DNA of 41,332 bases. Origin: Octopus bimaculoides. Taxonomy: Eukaryota. This document shows, one piece after another, positions 24,871-37,108 of this stretch. The DNA is taken from contig NC_068982.1 of NCBI RefSeq assembly GCF_001194135.2, positions 88,177,895 to 88,219,226 of the forward strand, read 5' to 3'. Numbering within the stretch: position 1 is the first letter of the stretch; the number at the start of each line of letters is the position of its first letter. The notes under the pieces are model-generated. The model ran no database searches and was not told the DNA's origin. It saw only the letters and a program-made list of their open reading frames with translations. A program made the translations under genes and the position numbers.

Positions 24871-26329
24871 ATGTTAATTTTCACTCTGGAAAAGTTTATC
24901 AAATCGAAAATGTAAATGCTACTATTAATGTTTTTTTATGAAGCTCAGAGGATAAAGGAAACTCAGAATCAACGCAATGAGATTTGAACCTTGGATATAA
25001 GGGGTTTTGTGCAGCATATTTTGATTCTACTAATCCCCTATCTTTCATTATAATGATGATAATACAAGGTTGCACGTTTCAAAGGAGATGATGAATCGAT
25101 AAGGATAATTGAATGGCACTCGTTTAACGATCTTGGGACGATGTAAAAGAAAGTTAACATCCATATGCTTTGAACTCAAAATATAGACACCACTCAATAA
25201 CTGTGAGCAAATTTTCGCTCTTTTTAGTTTATCGTGTCATCTCGCTCTCTAATAATGATTATCGTTACATTGTTAGAACTCATTTTGTGAGTTGGATATT
25301 GTTGAGTGATTCGAGATAGTGTGTAACTGATATTAATTTTACCCACTCGAAGCAATAACAGTAAGATAATCAGTAATCAGGGGAGCTTAACTCAGTTCAG
25401 ACAGACTCCAATTACAACTCTATTAATGCTCTAATTTGCAGGTTTGTACGACTTCTTCCACATATCAAATTATCTCACCATTACAAATGGATGCAAATGA
25501 TATATCTCAAATATATGCAGAGTCGATAAAGCAATTGACCAAATATTCATGAATTGCTCATTACTGGTTTAAACAGCGTATAATCTTCAAAACAAAATTC
25601 CAACCAAGATTCTTACAAAATAAATCTTAGAGAAAATTTATTAGAACATAATCTTTCTAACGTAATCTTCATAAGTAGTATTTCTAACAAAGGACACTTG
25701 GATAGATGTGTGTGAGGGATGAAATACTATTTTAGTATGACTCACCCAAGTACTATTCATTTAGTCGACTCCGCATTATAAAACACAAAGTTGAACTTGG
25801 TAGAACTTATGAACAGGGTGTAAAGAGATGTAAATAAATGCTTTCCAGATACTCTACAGATTTCCTCCTTACCACCACCACCACCATCGAAAAGTTTTAA
25901 CAATAGACATAAAGATAAGCCGTCATAGGTATTCAATAGACCCGGAATTATGTAAAGTAAAATCGGCTTTGGTTGAATTTAAACTCAGCATATAAAGAGA
26001 CACATCTGGATGCCAGAATCATTTTACTCGTTGCTCTGCCAGTTCCGCGGATTTACTGCTGCTCTAAAAACTCTAAAAGAATCGATTTCTGACATAGGAA
26101 CAATGCCCAAAAATTGGGGGAATTTATAAACGGTTACGACGAATCCTGTATTTGTATAATATTTTTCCGGTTGTAATCGAAGTGAGATTATAAAGTAATA
26201 TAAGTAAATACTGCTAGCCATTTTTAGGTGTAATCTAACAAGTATAGGATGAAAAAAAAAATAAAGTTAAAAATATAACGCTTCTGAAGTACAATATTAA
26301 TTCATAAAAAGGTAGTAGATTACTAGAAT

Positions 26330-26520
26330 GATTAACGCGGCGAAAAAATGCCATATGGTATTTATTCTAGATTTTTGCCTTCTGAGTTCATATCCCATGA
26401 AGGTGAACTTAGCCTTTCACCCCTCCAAGTTGGATAGCATATTGAATCAATTAGATATTGGGTCGATATATTCAACGGTTTCCTCCCTTACCCCAGAATT
26501 GTGACCTTTTGCTTATGTGA
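26330..26520 (+). mobile_element. SINE family B (degenerate)
   Basis: TTCTGAGTTCATATCC...GCCTTTCACCCC...TGGGTCGATATATTC. Confidence 0.7.
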
Positions 26521-27375
26521 AAAATCAATATGAGCTCATAAAAGATATTTTCTTCAAAATAACAAAATCAATTATGAAGGCAGATGTTGCGAAGGACTTG
26601 TTTTTATATTTTTTCTGTGATTTTTCAGTGTATTTCATTCAAAGTTATAGAGAGTGAACCATCTCTGGAAATTAAATAAATGTTACTCTCTCCGAAATTC
26701 AGTAATTTAATGCCAGATTAATTTCACTTAAAGAAATATTTTACCAACGAATTAAATGTCAATACATATTTTCTGCTAAATTCAAACAAATATAATATTG
26801 CCTGCGTGCGTATGCGTGTATGAGACTATGTATACGTGCATAAATATGTTTCTGTGGAGGGAATATTAGTATGCAGTCTAGTTTGTAAAATGATTTGCAT
26901 ATCAACACACATGCAGGTATCTACTCAGAAATACACTCGATTTTTTCCTCCTTTCATATTTTCCATCACGTTCACATTCTTTGGCTTTCTTAAAAGTACA
27001 TTTAGAAATGTAAAATTGTGTTAAGAAGCTAATTAAACTCGAGAAAATCAGATTTGGCAGCAAATTTTGCTGCAGTTTAGAATTTCGTTTCGAAATTACG
27101 TCATTTGGGGTTTGATTCTAAAGCGTGACATTTGAGCAGGTATCTACTGTTTTTGTCCGTGGTCAATCCTGTGAGCTGAATTAAGTGTCCGACGTTTGGT
27201 TTCTGTCCCACAAGCTGGTTCTTCATAGGCAAAAATAGCGGCCCATAATTTTTGTATTACTTTCCTGTCTTATCTCTCTGCTGTCATATATCAATAGGAG
27301 TTGTGTCTTGTGTTCAAGCTATTTTTCTATTCTAGGCTCTTTAAAAACATATCACACTAAAAACATTTATAACAG

Positions 27376-27488
27376 ACAAGTCCGAGTATTAAGCTAAGAA
27401 AGGAATATATCTACTCATGCAGTCCACCGGAATTTATGCTAGACAATGCAATAACCAAAATCTGCGAAATTGACATAATGAACAATTG
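27376..27488 (+). CDS. weak candidate internal exon (Cys spacing loosely sushi/EGF-like)
   Basis: TTTATAACAG|...|GTAAAT; open frame TSPSIKLRKEYIYSCSPPEFMLDNAITKICEIDIMNN. No homology confirmed. Confidence 0.15.
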
Positions 27489-28564
27489 GTAAATGGATAA
27501 ACATTAAAGACACAATATACTCAGTTTTCATGAGCAATGAAGGGAACCGACTGTTGGAGTTTTAATGGAATGTTATCTTTTTGCTTATAGTTGGCGTTGT
27601 TGTTAATTTTCAGACACAGGGACATTTAAACGTCCTACATTTCGACATAGGAATCATTTAGGCATTATGTTCTCTACCAGCAGCAGATGGAAATTTTAAA
27701 GGATGTGTCTTGGAAATGAATCAATATCCTCCTGGCCTAACTCGAATGTTAAAGAACTATGTATTTGCAAGCCGGTTTCTCTATTTAACCGTACTGACGT
27801 TTAACATTTAACTCAGCAGTATTGTGATAGTTATGCTGCGATAACCTTTCAAAACTTTTTACTTTTATACAGATGTATGAGAGTGAACGTTTCTAGCATA
27901 CGACCATTAAAGGAGATTTGCTTCAATACTTGATCTGAATGTATTAAAATATCAACTAATATAAACGCGAGTAGCATTCAGTCATACATCATATGTTTCC
28001 CAAATTCTTTAATGATATCTAAAAGTATTTTCCTTGAGGATGCTTTCTCTTTATTCCGTTGCATTTTTATCAGACTATTCCTTGCTTACTGCTAACGTAT
28101 TGCCACAATTATTCTATCTTTCGGTCCTCCAGTTAATATTCAAATGTATACTTAAAGATACACTTCACGCAAATATATTCCTCCCGTTTCGTTTCTTTAT
28201 TGTGATTTCTGGTGTTTTTACTGGCTGTATTATTTCTGCTATTATTGTTGTCGTTGCAGGAATTTTCAAGTGAACCAAGATTAAAAATAGCTTTCAATCT
28301 TGTATTTATTGTCATTCAGCATGTTATCCTTGTTATCGATTTCGAATATTTATTATTTCTTTGGGTGTGTGGTGGGGGTAAACGGTTCCAAAGAAACTGG
28401 ATATTCTGCTTTGTTCGATCCTTTTTTCTAAAAGAGAAATTTGGTATATGGATAATAAAACTCAACTGAGCATTACCCAAGCGAAGTAAGGGGCATCAAA
28501 TAAATTTTTTGCATTATTTTGTAAAGTGTTATTGTATGTTTACATATATATATATATATATATA

Positions 28565-29070
28565 NNNNNNNNNNNNNNNNNNNNNNNNNNNNNNNNNNNN
28601 NNNNNNNNNNNNNNNNNNNNNNNNNNNNNNNNNNNNNNNNNNNNNNNNNNNNNNNNNNNNNNNNNNNNNNNNNNNNNNNNNNNNNNNNNNNNNNNNNNNN
28701 NNNNNNNNNNNNNNNNNNNNNNNNNNNNNNNNNNNNNNNNNNNNNNNNNNNNNNNNNNNNNNNNNNNNNNNNNNNNNNNNNNNNNNNNNNNNNNNNNNNN
28801 NNNNNNNNNNNNNNNNNNNNNNNNNNNNNNNNNNNNNNNNNNNNNNNNNNNNNNNNNNNNNNNNNNNNNNNNNNNNNNNNNNNNNNNNNNNNNNNNNNNN
28901 NNNNNNNNNNNNNNNNNNNNNNNNNNNNNNNNNNNNNNNNNNNNNNNNNNNNNNNNNNNNNNNNNNNNNNNNNNNNNNNNNNNNNNNNNNNNNNNNNNNN
29001 NNNNNNNNNNNNNNNNNNNNNNNNNNNNNNNNNNNNNNNNNNNNNNNNNNNNNNNNNNNNNNNNNNNNNN
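28565..29070. other. assembly gap after (TA)n
   Basis: N run. Confidence 0.99.
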
Positions 29071-29887
29071 ATATATGACATGAAAAATATATAACAAATG
29101 AAAAATAGGATAGAGACTTTTTTACACTCCGTGGTTAGTGTGTGTGACTTTGTGCATCCTTCCCACTTCAATTACAATTACCTCAAAGTAAATAGTTTCT
29201 CATTGCTAAAGCCTGAAAGCAAAGTTAAGATCTTGATTCTCTTTACTCAATAAAAGCATACACTTTCAATATTCAGAAGTAATATATATTCAAAATCAAG
29301 TTTTCTCTGTGTTATCTCTTGTGCCTCAAGTGATATTTGAAGAAGTTGATATCATAGAAAGAAAAATGAACTATCAATTACATTTTTGAACCATTGTCTC
29401 TCTCCCAACATTTCTTTCAACGCTATCAGACATATAAAATAAAGGACAAGATGATGAAACAAATATAATAAAAATTGCGATTAAACCATCCAGAATGTAA
29501 GATAAAATGCAAGTCATCATAGTTACAAACCATGAAGTTTTGATCAACCATATAATCAGCCGAAAATACCTATATTAGTATGATATTGATTTCTAACATC
29601 GAAACAAAATCAATTTAATAGTTCGAGTACGTATGTTTCGGTTACATAACTTATGGATTTTGGAAGGATGATAAACCAATTTATTTTGATTATCTTAGAA
29701 CTCAAAACAGAAAATAACGTTCTGCAATGTGTTTTGTACTACGCTCTAGCGATTCTGTTCTTGGCTCGATTATAGTAATCCTATATATTAAATGAAACAA
29801 AGGATGCATAAATATACATAGAGGAAACATTTAAACTTATTTATGAAACACAGGACCGAATATTAATCTAAATAATGGAGATTATGG

Positions 29888-30011
29888 GTGCGGGCATGGC
29901 TGTTTGGTGAAGAAGCTTGCTTTGCAATCACGCGGTTTTTGGTTCATTCCCGCTGCGTGGAGCTTTGGGCTAATGATTTCTACTATAGCAAAGAACTGAG
30001 TAAATTTGGTT
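29888..30011 (+). mobile_element. SINE family A head (degenerate), truncated by gap N 30012-30495
   Basis: GGCATGGCTGTTTGGTGAAGAAGCTTGCTT...GGTTCATTCCCGCTGCGTGG...TTCTACTATAGC. Confidence 0.8.
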
Positions 30012-30576
30012 NNNNNNNNNNNNNNNNNNNNNNNNNNNNNNNNNNNNNNNNNNNNNNNNNNNNNNNNNNNNNNNNNNNNNNNNNNNNNNNNNNNNNNNNN
30101 NNNNNNNNNNNNNNNNNNNNNNNNNNNNNNNNNNNNNNNNNNNNNNNNNNNNNNNNNNNNNNNNNNNNNNNNNNNNNNNNNNNNNNNNNNNNNNNNNNNN
30201 NNNNNNNNNNNNNNNNNNNNNNNNNNNNNNNNNNNNNNNNNNNNNNNNNNNNNNNNNNNNNNNNNNNNNNNNNNNNNNNNNNNNNNNNNNNNNNNNNNNN
30301 NNNNNNNNNNNNNNNNNNNNNNNNNNNNNNNNNNNNNNNNNNNNNNNNNNNNNNNNNNNNNNNNNNNNNNNNNNNNNNNNNNNNNNNNNNNNNNNNNNNN
30401 NNNNNNNNNNNNNNNNNNNNNNNNNNNNNNNNNNNNNNNNNNNNNNNNNNNNNNNNNNNNNNNNNNNNNNNNNNNNNNNNNNNNNNNNNNNNNNNCTTCA
30501 CGTAGTCTACAAGAATTTCTTAGCACAATTAAAGACTATGGAATAAAACAAGAAAAAAATCAGTAAATGGCTAAAT

Positions 30577-30794
30577 ATTCTTTTCTACTCTAGGGACAAG
30601 GCCCGAAAATTTGGGAGAGGGGGGTCAGTCGATTAGATCGACTCCAGTATGCAACTGGTCCTTAATTTATCGCCTCCGAAAGGACGAAAAGCAAAGTCGA
30701 CCTCGTCGGAATTTGCATTCAGAACGTAATGACAGACGAAATAGCGCTAAGCATTTCGCCCGGTGTGCTAACGTCTCTGCCAGCTCGCCGCCTT
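30577..30794 (-). mobile_element. SINE family B, full length, with 15-bp target-site duplication
   Basis: Head AAGGCGGCGAGCTGGCAGAGACGTTAGCACACCGGGCGAAATGCTTAGCG on the minus strand; AGTAAATGGCTAAAT at both 30562-30576 and 30795-30809. Confidence 0.93.
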
Positions 30795-31269
30795 AGTAAA
30801 TGGCTAAATTTTAAAGTCATAATACACCCAGTTCTCATGAAGGACGAATAATCCAAGTTTGGAAAAAAGTTTCACCTACCTACTTCAGTGTGCTGGTTCA
30901 CTTAAGAAATCGATAAACAGAACAGCATGTGGTGTTATATTTGGTTTTCAGTCTATCTACCCAGTTGTTTTTAGAAATCAATAAATCACACGTTGCCTAG
31001 TTCTTCTCAGAAATCAATAAATGAAAAGCAGATTTCAGTATTACACATCTGGCTTAAAAAGATGTGCAACAATGCCTCAAAAACATTGCACTATCAATGA
31101 TCTCTATTGATTTCTTCCACATGCTAAAAGACAAGAGATTTATTGGAGTGGAAACATGGTATTCAAAAGATTTTCGCATCTTCTATAGCAATATGGCCAT
31201 ACGTGTGATAAAATAATATCTGAAATTGTGAATCGAATCGAAACATTTTACATTTACTTCATGATGCTC

Positions 31270-31273
<4 letters not shown>

Positions 31274-31315
<42 letters not shown>

Positions 31316-31860
31316 NNNNNNNNNNNNNNNNNNNNNNNNNNNNNNNNNNNNNNNNNNNNNNNNNNNNNNNNNNNNNNNNNNNNNNNNNNNNNNNNNNNNN
31401 NNNNNNNNNNNNNNNNNNNNNNNNNNNNNNNNNNNNNNNNNNNNNNNNNNNNNNNNNNNNNNNNNNNNNNNNNNNNNNNNNNNNNNNNNNNNNNNNNNNN
31501 NNNNNNNNNNNNNNNNNNNNNNNNNNNNNNNNNNNNNNNNNNNNNNNNNNNNNNNNNNNNNNNNNNNNNNNNNNNNNNNNNNNNNNNNNNNNNNNNNNNN
31601 NNNNNNNNNNNNNNNNNNNNNNNNNNNNNNNNNNNNNNNNNNNNNNNNNNNNNNNNNNNNNNNNNNNNNNNNNNNNNNNNNNNNNNNNNNNNNNNNNNNN
31701 NNNNNNNNNNNNNNNNNNNNNNNNNNNNNNNNNNNNNNNNNNNNNNNNNNNNNNNNNNNNNNNNNNNNNNNNNNNNNNNNNNNNNNNNNNNNNNNNNNNN
31801 NNNNNNNNNNNNNNNNNNNNNNNNNNNNNNNNTATATATACCTATATATATATATATATA
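31274..31860. repeat. (CA)n ... (TA)n flanking an assembly gap (~31316-31831)
   Basis: Direct. Confidence 0.95.
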
Positions 31861-31868
31861 TGCATCTA

Positions 31869-32986
31869 CGAGGGCGGGCTGAAAATTTCATAATTAATAA
31901 CTGCATTCTTTCCTTTCTAGCTAAACTGGCTTCTGACTGTTCAAAGAAGACTACAAATGTAACTAGTATTGACTTTTCTTGAAAATCGATTAATCCCAAC
32001 GATATTCATGCTAGCATGGTTGCTACTTTATGGGATGACGCTCCAGTGTTATCAACAGTGCAAAAGTGGGCGGCAGAATTTAAGAGAGGAAAGAAGAGGC
32101 TTGAAGCTGTTTAAAGGTCTGGACGTCCTGAAACTGCCACTACTGAAGAAAACATTCATCGTGTTCCCCACACGGTAATGAATTACAAACAATTGACTAC
32201 AAATCAAATAGTCAATGCTACTAACGTCCGATGAGAGAGGTGAGCATATCGTACACAATGAACTTGACATGACGAAGATTTCTACACGGTGGGTATCACA
32301 TCTTCTGACACCTAATCAAATACGCAAGAGGTTGATCACGTTACAGGAAAATCTGACATTGTTTAAGATTGAGTCAGCTGGTTTCCTTAAAAGCTTTCTA
32401 ACCAAGATTGAGTGTTAAGTTCATCACTTTGAGCCAGGGACAAGGACAGAATCCAAGCAGTGGAAACACACCTTGTCACAGGCTCCAAAGAAAGCCAAAG
32501 TCGTTTCATTTGTAGGGAAGTTGATATCCTCATTTTTTTTTTGTGATGCAAAAAGCATTGTACTTATTGTTTATCTTGTAAAAGACTACACAATCAATTC
32601 CAGGGGCAGTTACGAAAGGCTACCAAGAGCAAATGCGTAGGAAAACTAACAAAAGGGGTTTTGTTTCCCCAGGAAAGTATTCCACCGCACAAGTCCTCGG
32701 TTTCAATGGCTGCTCTTCCCGATTTGAGCACATTTGATTATCATCAGTTCCCCAGCAAGGAAAAACACTTGGATAGGAACTTGTACTCCAGTGATGATGA
32801 CCTCATATCTAGTGTTGATTTTTTTAAAGGAAAAAGGTGAAGTCTTCACTAAAGAGATCGAAGCACTGAAACACCGATGAAAGAAGTGTGAGGTTCGCAA
32901 AGGAGACTATGTTGAAAAATAAACCTCATTTGGATACATTCCATAGCGTATGTTAGTCAGCCTATGAAGTTCTCAACTTGGTCTCG
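31869..32986 (+). mobile_element. mariner (Tc1/mariner) relic, irritans/Hsmar2-like TIRs
   Basis: Left TA|CGAGGGCGGGCTGAAAATTTCATA vs right (revcomp) CGAGACCAAGTTGAGAACTTCATA. Transposase remnants: STVQKWAAEFKRG, GRPETATTEENIHRV, KISTRWVSHLLTPNQ, HHFEPGT...SKQW, KKAKVV, KGDYVEK*. Confidence 0.9.
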
Positions 32987-32988
32987 TG

Positions 32989-33208
32989 NNNNNNNNNNNN
33001 NNNNNNNNNNNNNNNNNNNNNNNNNNNNNNNNNNNNNNNNNNNNNNNNNNNNNNNNNNNNNNNNNNNNNNNNNNNNNNNNNNNNNNNNNNNNNNNNNNNN
33101 NNNNNNNNNNNNNNNNNNNNNNNNNNNNNNNNNNNNNNNNNNNNNNNNNNNNNNNNNNNNNNNNNNNNNNNNNNNNNNNNNNNNNNNNNNNNNNNNNNNN
33201 NNNNNNNN
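32989..33208. other. assembly gap
   Basis: N run. Confidence 0.99.
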
Positions 33209-33272
33209 CGGAATGGAGTAGGTATGATCCGGACTTCAAGCTAACTTTCTTCCCACACCTCGATCCTTGAAC

Positions 33273-33320
<48 letters not shown>

Positions 33321-33566
33321 TATATATATAAGTATATACAAACCGAGGTCTTGTATTGGAAGAAAGATATACATTTGTAGAGGGAACTCAACACTCAAAA
33401 TACTGCAAGCTCTTTCGCTGTCACCGCTTCAGGTATACAAGCTATTAGGCTATTATTAATGCCACCGGGATTTGAACTGAGAATGTAACATAATGTTGAT
33501 CTAGAAAGTTTGAGGATGGGATACAGTCGACTAAGTACATTGTGATATATTATTAATAGTTAATTT

Positions 33567-33790
33567 AAGGCGGTGAGATGGGAGATTCATTAGCACGCCA
33601 GACAAAAAATGCTTAGCGGTATTTCGTCCGTGTTTACATTTTGATTTTAAATTCAACCGAGGTCGATTTCGTCTTTCAGCTTTTCGGGATCGATAAATAT
33701 AAGAACCAGCTGAGCATTGGAGTCGATGTAATCTGTTAGCTTCCTCTCCCAACATTCCAGGCGTTGTGCTTTTAGTAGATAGGATTATTA
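33567..33790 (+). mobile_element. SINE family B
   Basis: AAGGCGGTGAGATGG...TTAGCACGCC...AAATGCTTAGCGGTATTTCGTC...GAGGTCGATTTCG...GAGTCGATGTAATC. Confidence 0.88.
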
Positions 33791-35574
33791 ATTATATGTA
33801 CTTCATCGATTCAAAAAAGTTGAATCGCATGGTCTACCTCGGCAGAATTTCAACTCTTGGAATAAAGTATGTAATTAAACATCGCAATCTATTATTGTCT
33901 CTGTCAACCATCCGTCTTAAGGAAATAAATTTTGCAACCGAAACAAGTCGATTGTCAAAGAGATTGCCAAAATGCTCTTATTAGCGACTGCTCACGCATT
34001 ATCAAAATTAGAAAATTTCTATAGAGAATGAGAGTCCATGAGAGCAACAGAGAGTTACGTAAAACTATATGAGCTGAAGAAAGATAGCTCTCCCTCTCTT
34101 TCTCGCTCTCTGTTTTTCTCCTCTCCTCATCTACCCCGAAAAGAGCTGCGAAAACTATTGTTAGGGTAATATAGAACACGTATATAGGGAGCTAATTACT
34201 TTGAAACGCTTAACAAACAATCGAGAATGTGACCAATGTGACGATAATTTGTAAAAGCAGTAGAGAAAAGACAAATCTGCAATTCCCTGGATACAGATAT
34301 TGCAAAATAGGTACAACCTGGACAACAAGAGAGTAATTCTTGCATTACAAATAATTAGTGGAAATTGATTAGGTGACAATCAGTTCAAGAGATTTATGTG
34401 GAAAGGTTTATTAACAATAATAATATCTAGAGTAATTTTAAAGAAATGAAGAAACTGTAGTGTTGAAAATGATACTCTCTGCCGTTATGGTTTTTTTCTT
34501 ACCATTAAGGTAGACGACTTCTATCATATAAATACACTTGCTCGAGGATTTAACTGATAACTTAAAAAAGACTGCCGCCAGTTTGCATGCATTCATTGTC
34601 AATGGGGAGAGAATATAACCAAAACAATTAGCGCTTAACGATTCCAGTACATATATACGTATATAGATATCTATGAAACGTTGATACTAGTTGGGAATCT
34701 AACGTTTACACCTAATTAAAACTACCGGACCCTTAAATATAATCAATTGCCTTTGTATCAAACCCCATAAGTTCACTGCTATAATTACCCATTGAAATAT
34801 GATTTGTTAGTATGTAATATGTTGGACCTGAAGAGAAAACGGGTTAGTTTGACACACATTGTGAAACTCTCAGAGAAGTGTATGAAAAAGATTTGGCCTT
34901 ATTCGTTCGTTGATAAAGTAACTAATGTCACTAAAGCTTAATCGATTGCATAATATCGAAATCCTGTCTAACTATAAAGGAACTTAAGATTTGCATAATG
35001 AAATACAAAATGAAATCAAGTAGCTTGTTCTTTATATTCAAAATCTCCATTTTTTAATCATGACAAATTTTACATTAAACATCTATGACTACACATCTCG
35101 TATCATGTCGGGTAGTTTGCCAGAGGAAGACTGCAGTACATAAAAACATCACTATTGTATTATCTTTCGCAGATTTGAGATTTTATTCAATAACAGTGTT
35201 GTTTTGAAGTATTCACAATTAACTATGAGATAGGCAGGCGAACATGGTCGATAGACTAGCACTCTGGTGAAAACCGCCCCTGCTAATCTGAGCTCAGGCT
35301 TATGATTTGTAAACCACTCCTTTCCGTATAGTACCATCGTTGTGAGGTGATGCTGAAATGTCCTGACTGGGGCACTGGCCTGTGTACGATCACTTTGAGA
35401 GGTCAGAAGTTATTCATGCAGTAGGGCACCTCTCTCTACATCAGTGTTGTTGCCAAAGTTTTCTAGAACAAAGTTGGAAACAATATTGGCCTGCCTTAGC
35501 TTCGGATGTTTTCTTAGGTCATGCTCCCAAGGCTTTGTCTGTTGCTCGGTATTTTTGCATGAGTTTACTCTCAG

Positions 35575-36111
35575 TTCATATCTTCGCCCCTTCTGTTAAC
35601 ACAAACAATTCCGCCGGAGATAGAAGGTAAGTTGCACGATAAAGTCAGGTTTTAGAGAGAGGCTGTTTCAGACGCTTACCGAGAAGTGTACATCTGAGTA
35701 GAGGGAGCAGTCCTTACTACCACTCCTTGGCATGACTCCACTTGAAATATCAAGCAATAATCCAGTAAAACCAAGTTATTAGATTTGTAACCATTAGGAT
35801 TTCTGTATTTTAGATTAAAGGGCGTCTAGCCTATTTAGGAAAACCTATGTTAGATATTGAATACGCCAGTAAGTGAAAAATATAGTGAAGCTACAACTGA
35901 AATCCAATCCAACAAAGCAAGAGCTTTATACGAATCCATTGTCCTATTACACTTCTAGTAATAGCGTTTAGTGGAAACTGTTGTTCTTGTTATTGTTATC
36001 CTTGGTAAAGCAGGTTTATAATTTCTAGATAACCACCCCGTCTTTTATTATTTCACAGGCTATACTGTACAAAGTACTATACATTATTTAAGACGGATGC
36101 GTCAGCCTTGA
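35575..36111 (+). CDS. weak candidate spliced exon pair (35575-35626 + 36059-36111)
   Basis: Strong donor GAAG|GTAAGT and acceptor CTTTTATTATTTCACAG|GC; phase-compatible peptide FISSPLLLTQTIPPEIEGYTVQSTIHYLRRMRQP*. Product not recognised. Confidence 0.15.
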
Positions 36112-36401
36112 GAGAATTTCGCTATATGCCAAGAGGTCACATGAAAGCTCCCTTGTTGGCTAGTTAGGTGGCAAGAAATGAGCATGGCGCAACTGAAGAA
36201 TTTATATTCATGAATTCTACAATTGGATAAGTCACGTGGATAACTGATTCTCATTTACGATGTACCACAAAACACGCGAACTAAGGGCCCCGCGCCAATG
36301 AAACGGTTTCACAGTAGTTCATACACTTTGCCAGTGTATACTTGTTTGTATGCATGTAATATATATAAGCACTATATATGTAATATGTACAGTTAATATA
36401 G

Positions 36402-36520
36402 TATGACCGAATGGTTCAAAAGTTCCTTTTAGAATCACGAGGCTCTGGTTCCGATCCCCCTGCATAGCATTTTTTGCAAATATAAAATGTTAATTTGTGC
36501 TGAGTGATTTGCCGCGGTGA
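36402..36520 (+). mobile_element. very degenerate SINE family A head
   Basis: AATGGTTCAAAAG...GGTTCCGATCCCCCTGCATAGCA...GCAAAT. Confidence 0.5.
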
Positions 36521-37011
36521 TTAGCGAAAAAACAAAAACAAAAACTAAGAAATGGGTGAACATCTAGGCTCGTCGGAAACTTGGGTAGGTATGTGTTGTA
36601 ACAGTCTTGTCTTACCCTTTATAAATTGTTTGAAACCTGAAAGGTTTAAACTATTTCTTTCCTAACCGTAACATACTTTATACTATCACACTTCCAGATG
36701 TGAATGATATATGGACTGCCGACATATCGACTGGTTTTAATTTAATTTATCCGTGAACTTAATACTTAATTATACCAAATTAAAATAAATCAAGCCTGTT
36801 TCTCTTTAAATAATCTCACTTATTTAAATAAATAACATTTCACTACTTAATTAAATGGCATTCATATTAATTCTGCTCGTAGCACAATGCCTCCACTTAA
36901 AAAGATGAATAGCATCTCGTAATGCTCATCTTATTTTTTACCATTAATTCCAGCAAATAAAGAGAATTGACAGACACAGTACACAACAGGAACTGTGATA
37001 TTTCTTTGTAG

Positions 37012-37108
37012 TCGCATGGCTTTGGGATTGCATCGGTTTTATGCTGCTCATTTTGATAATGAAATTAATATTGCAGAGGACAGAGATGTTTCTCAACCGT
37101 TAATTTAG
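37012..37108 (+). CDS. weak candidate terminal exon
   Basis: TTTCTTTGTAG| then RMALGLHRFYAAHFDNEINIAEDRDVSQPLI*, followed by AT-rich UTR-like sequence with AATAAA (~37380). Product not recognised. Confidence 0.15.

Noticed and set aside
27663-27810. ALCSLPAADGNFKGC... reminiscent of a Kunitz start
   Set aside because: The second Cys position is Phe and the remaining Kunitz cysteines and aromatics are absent.
36990-37040. SRMALGLH resembling PAP2 motif SRx5Hx3D
   Set aside because: The Asp and the following TM helix are missing, and no other PAP2 motifs were found.
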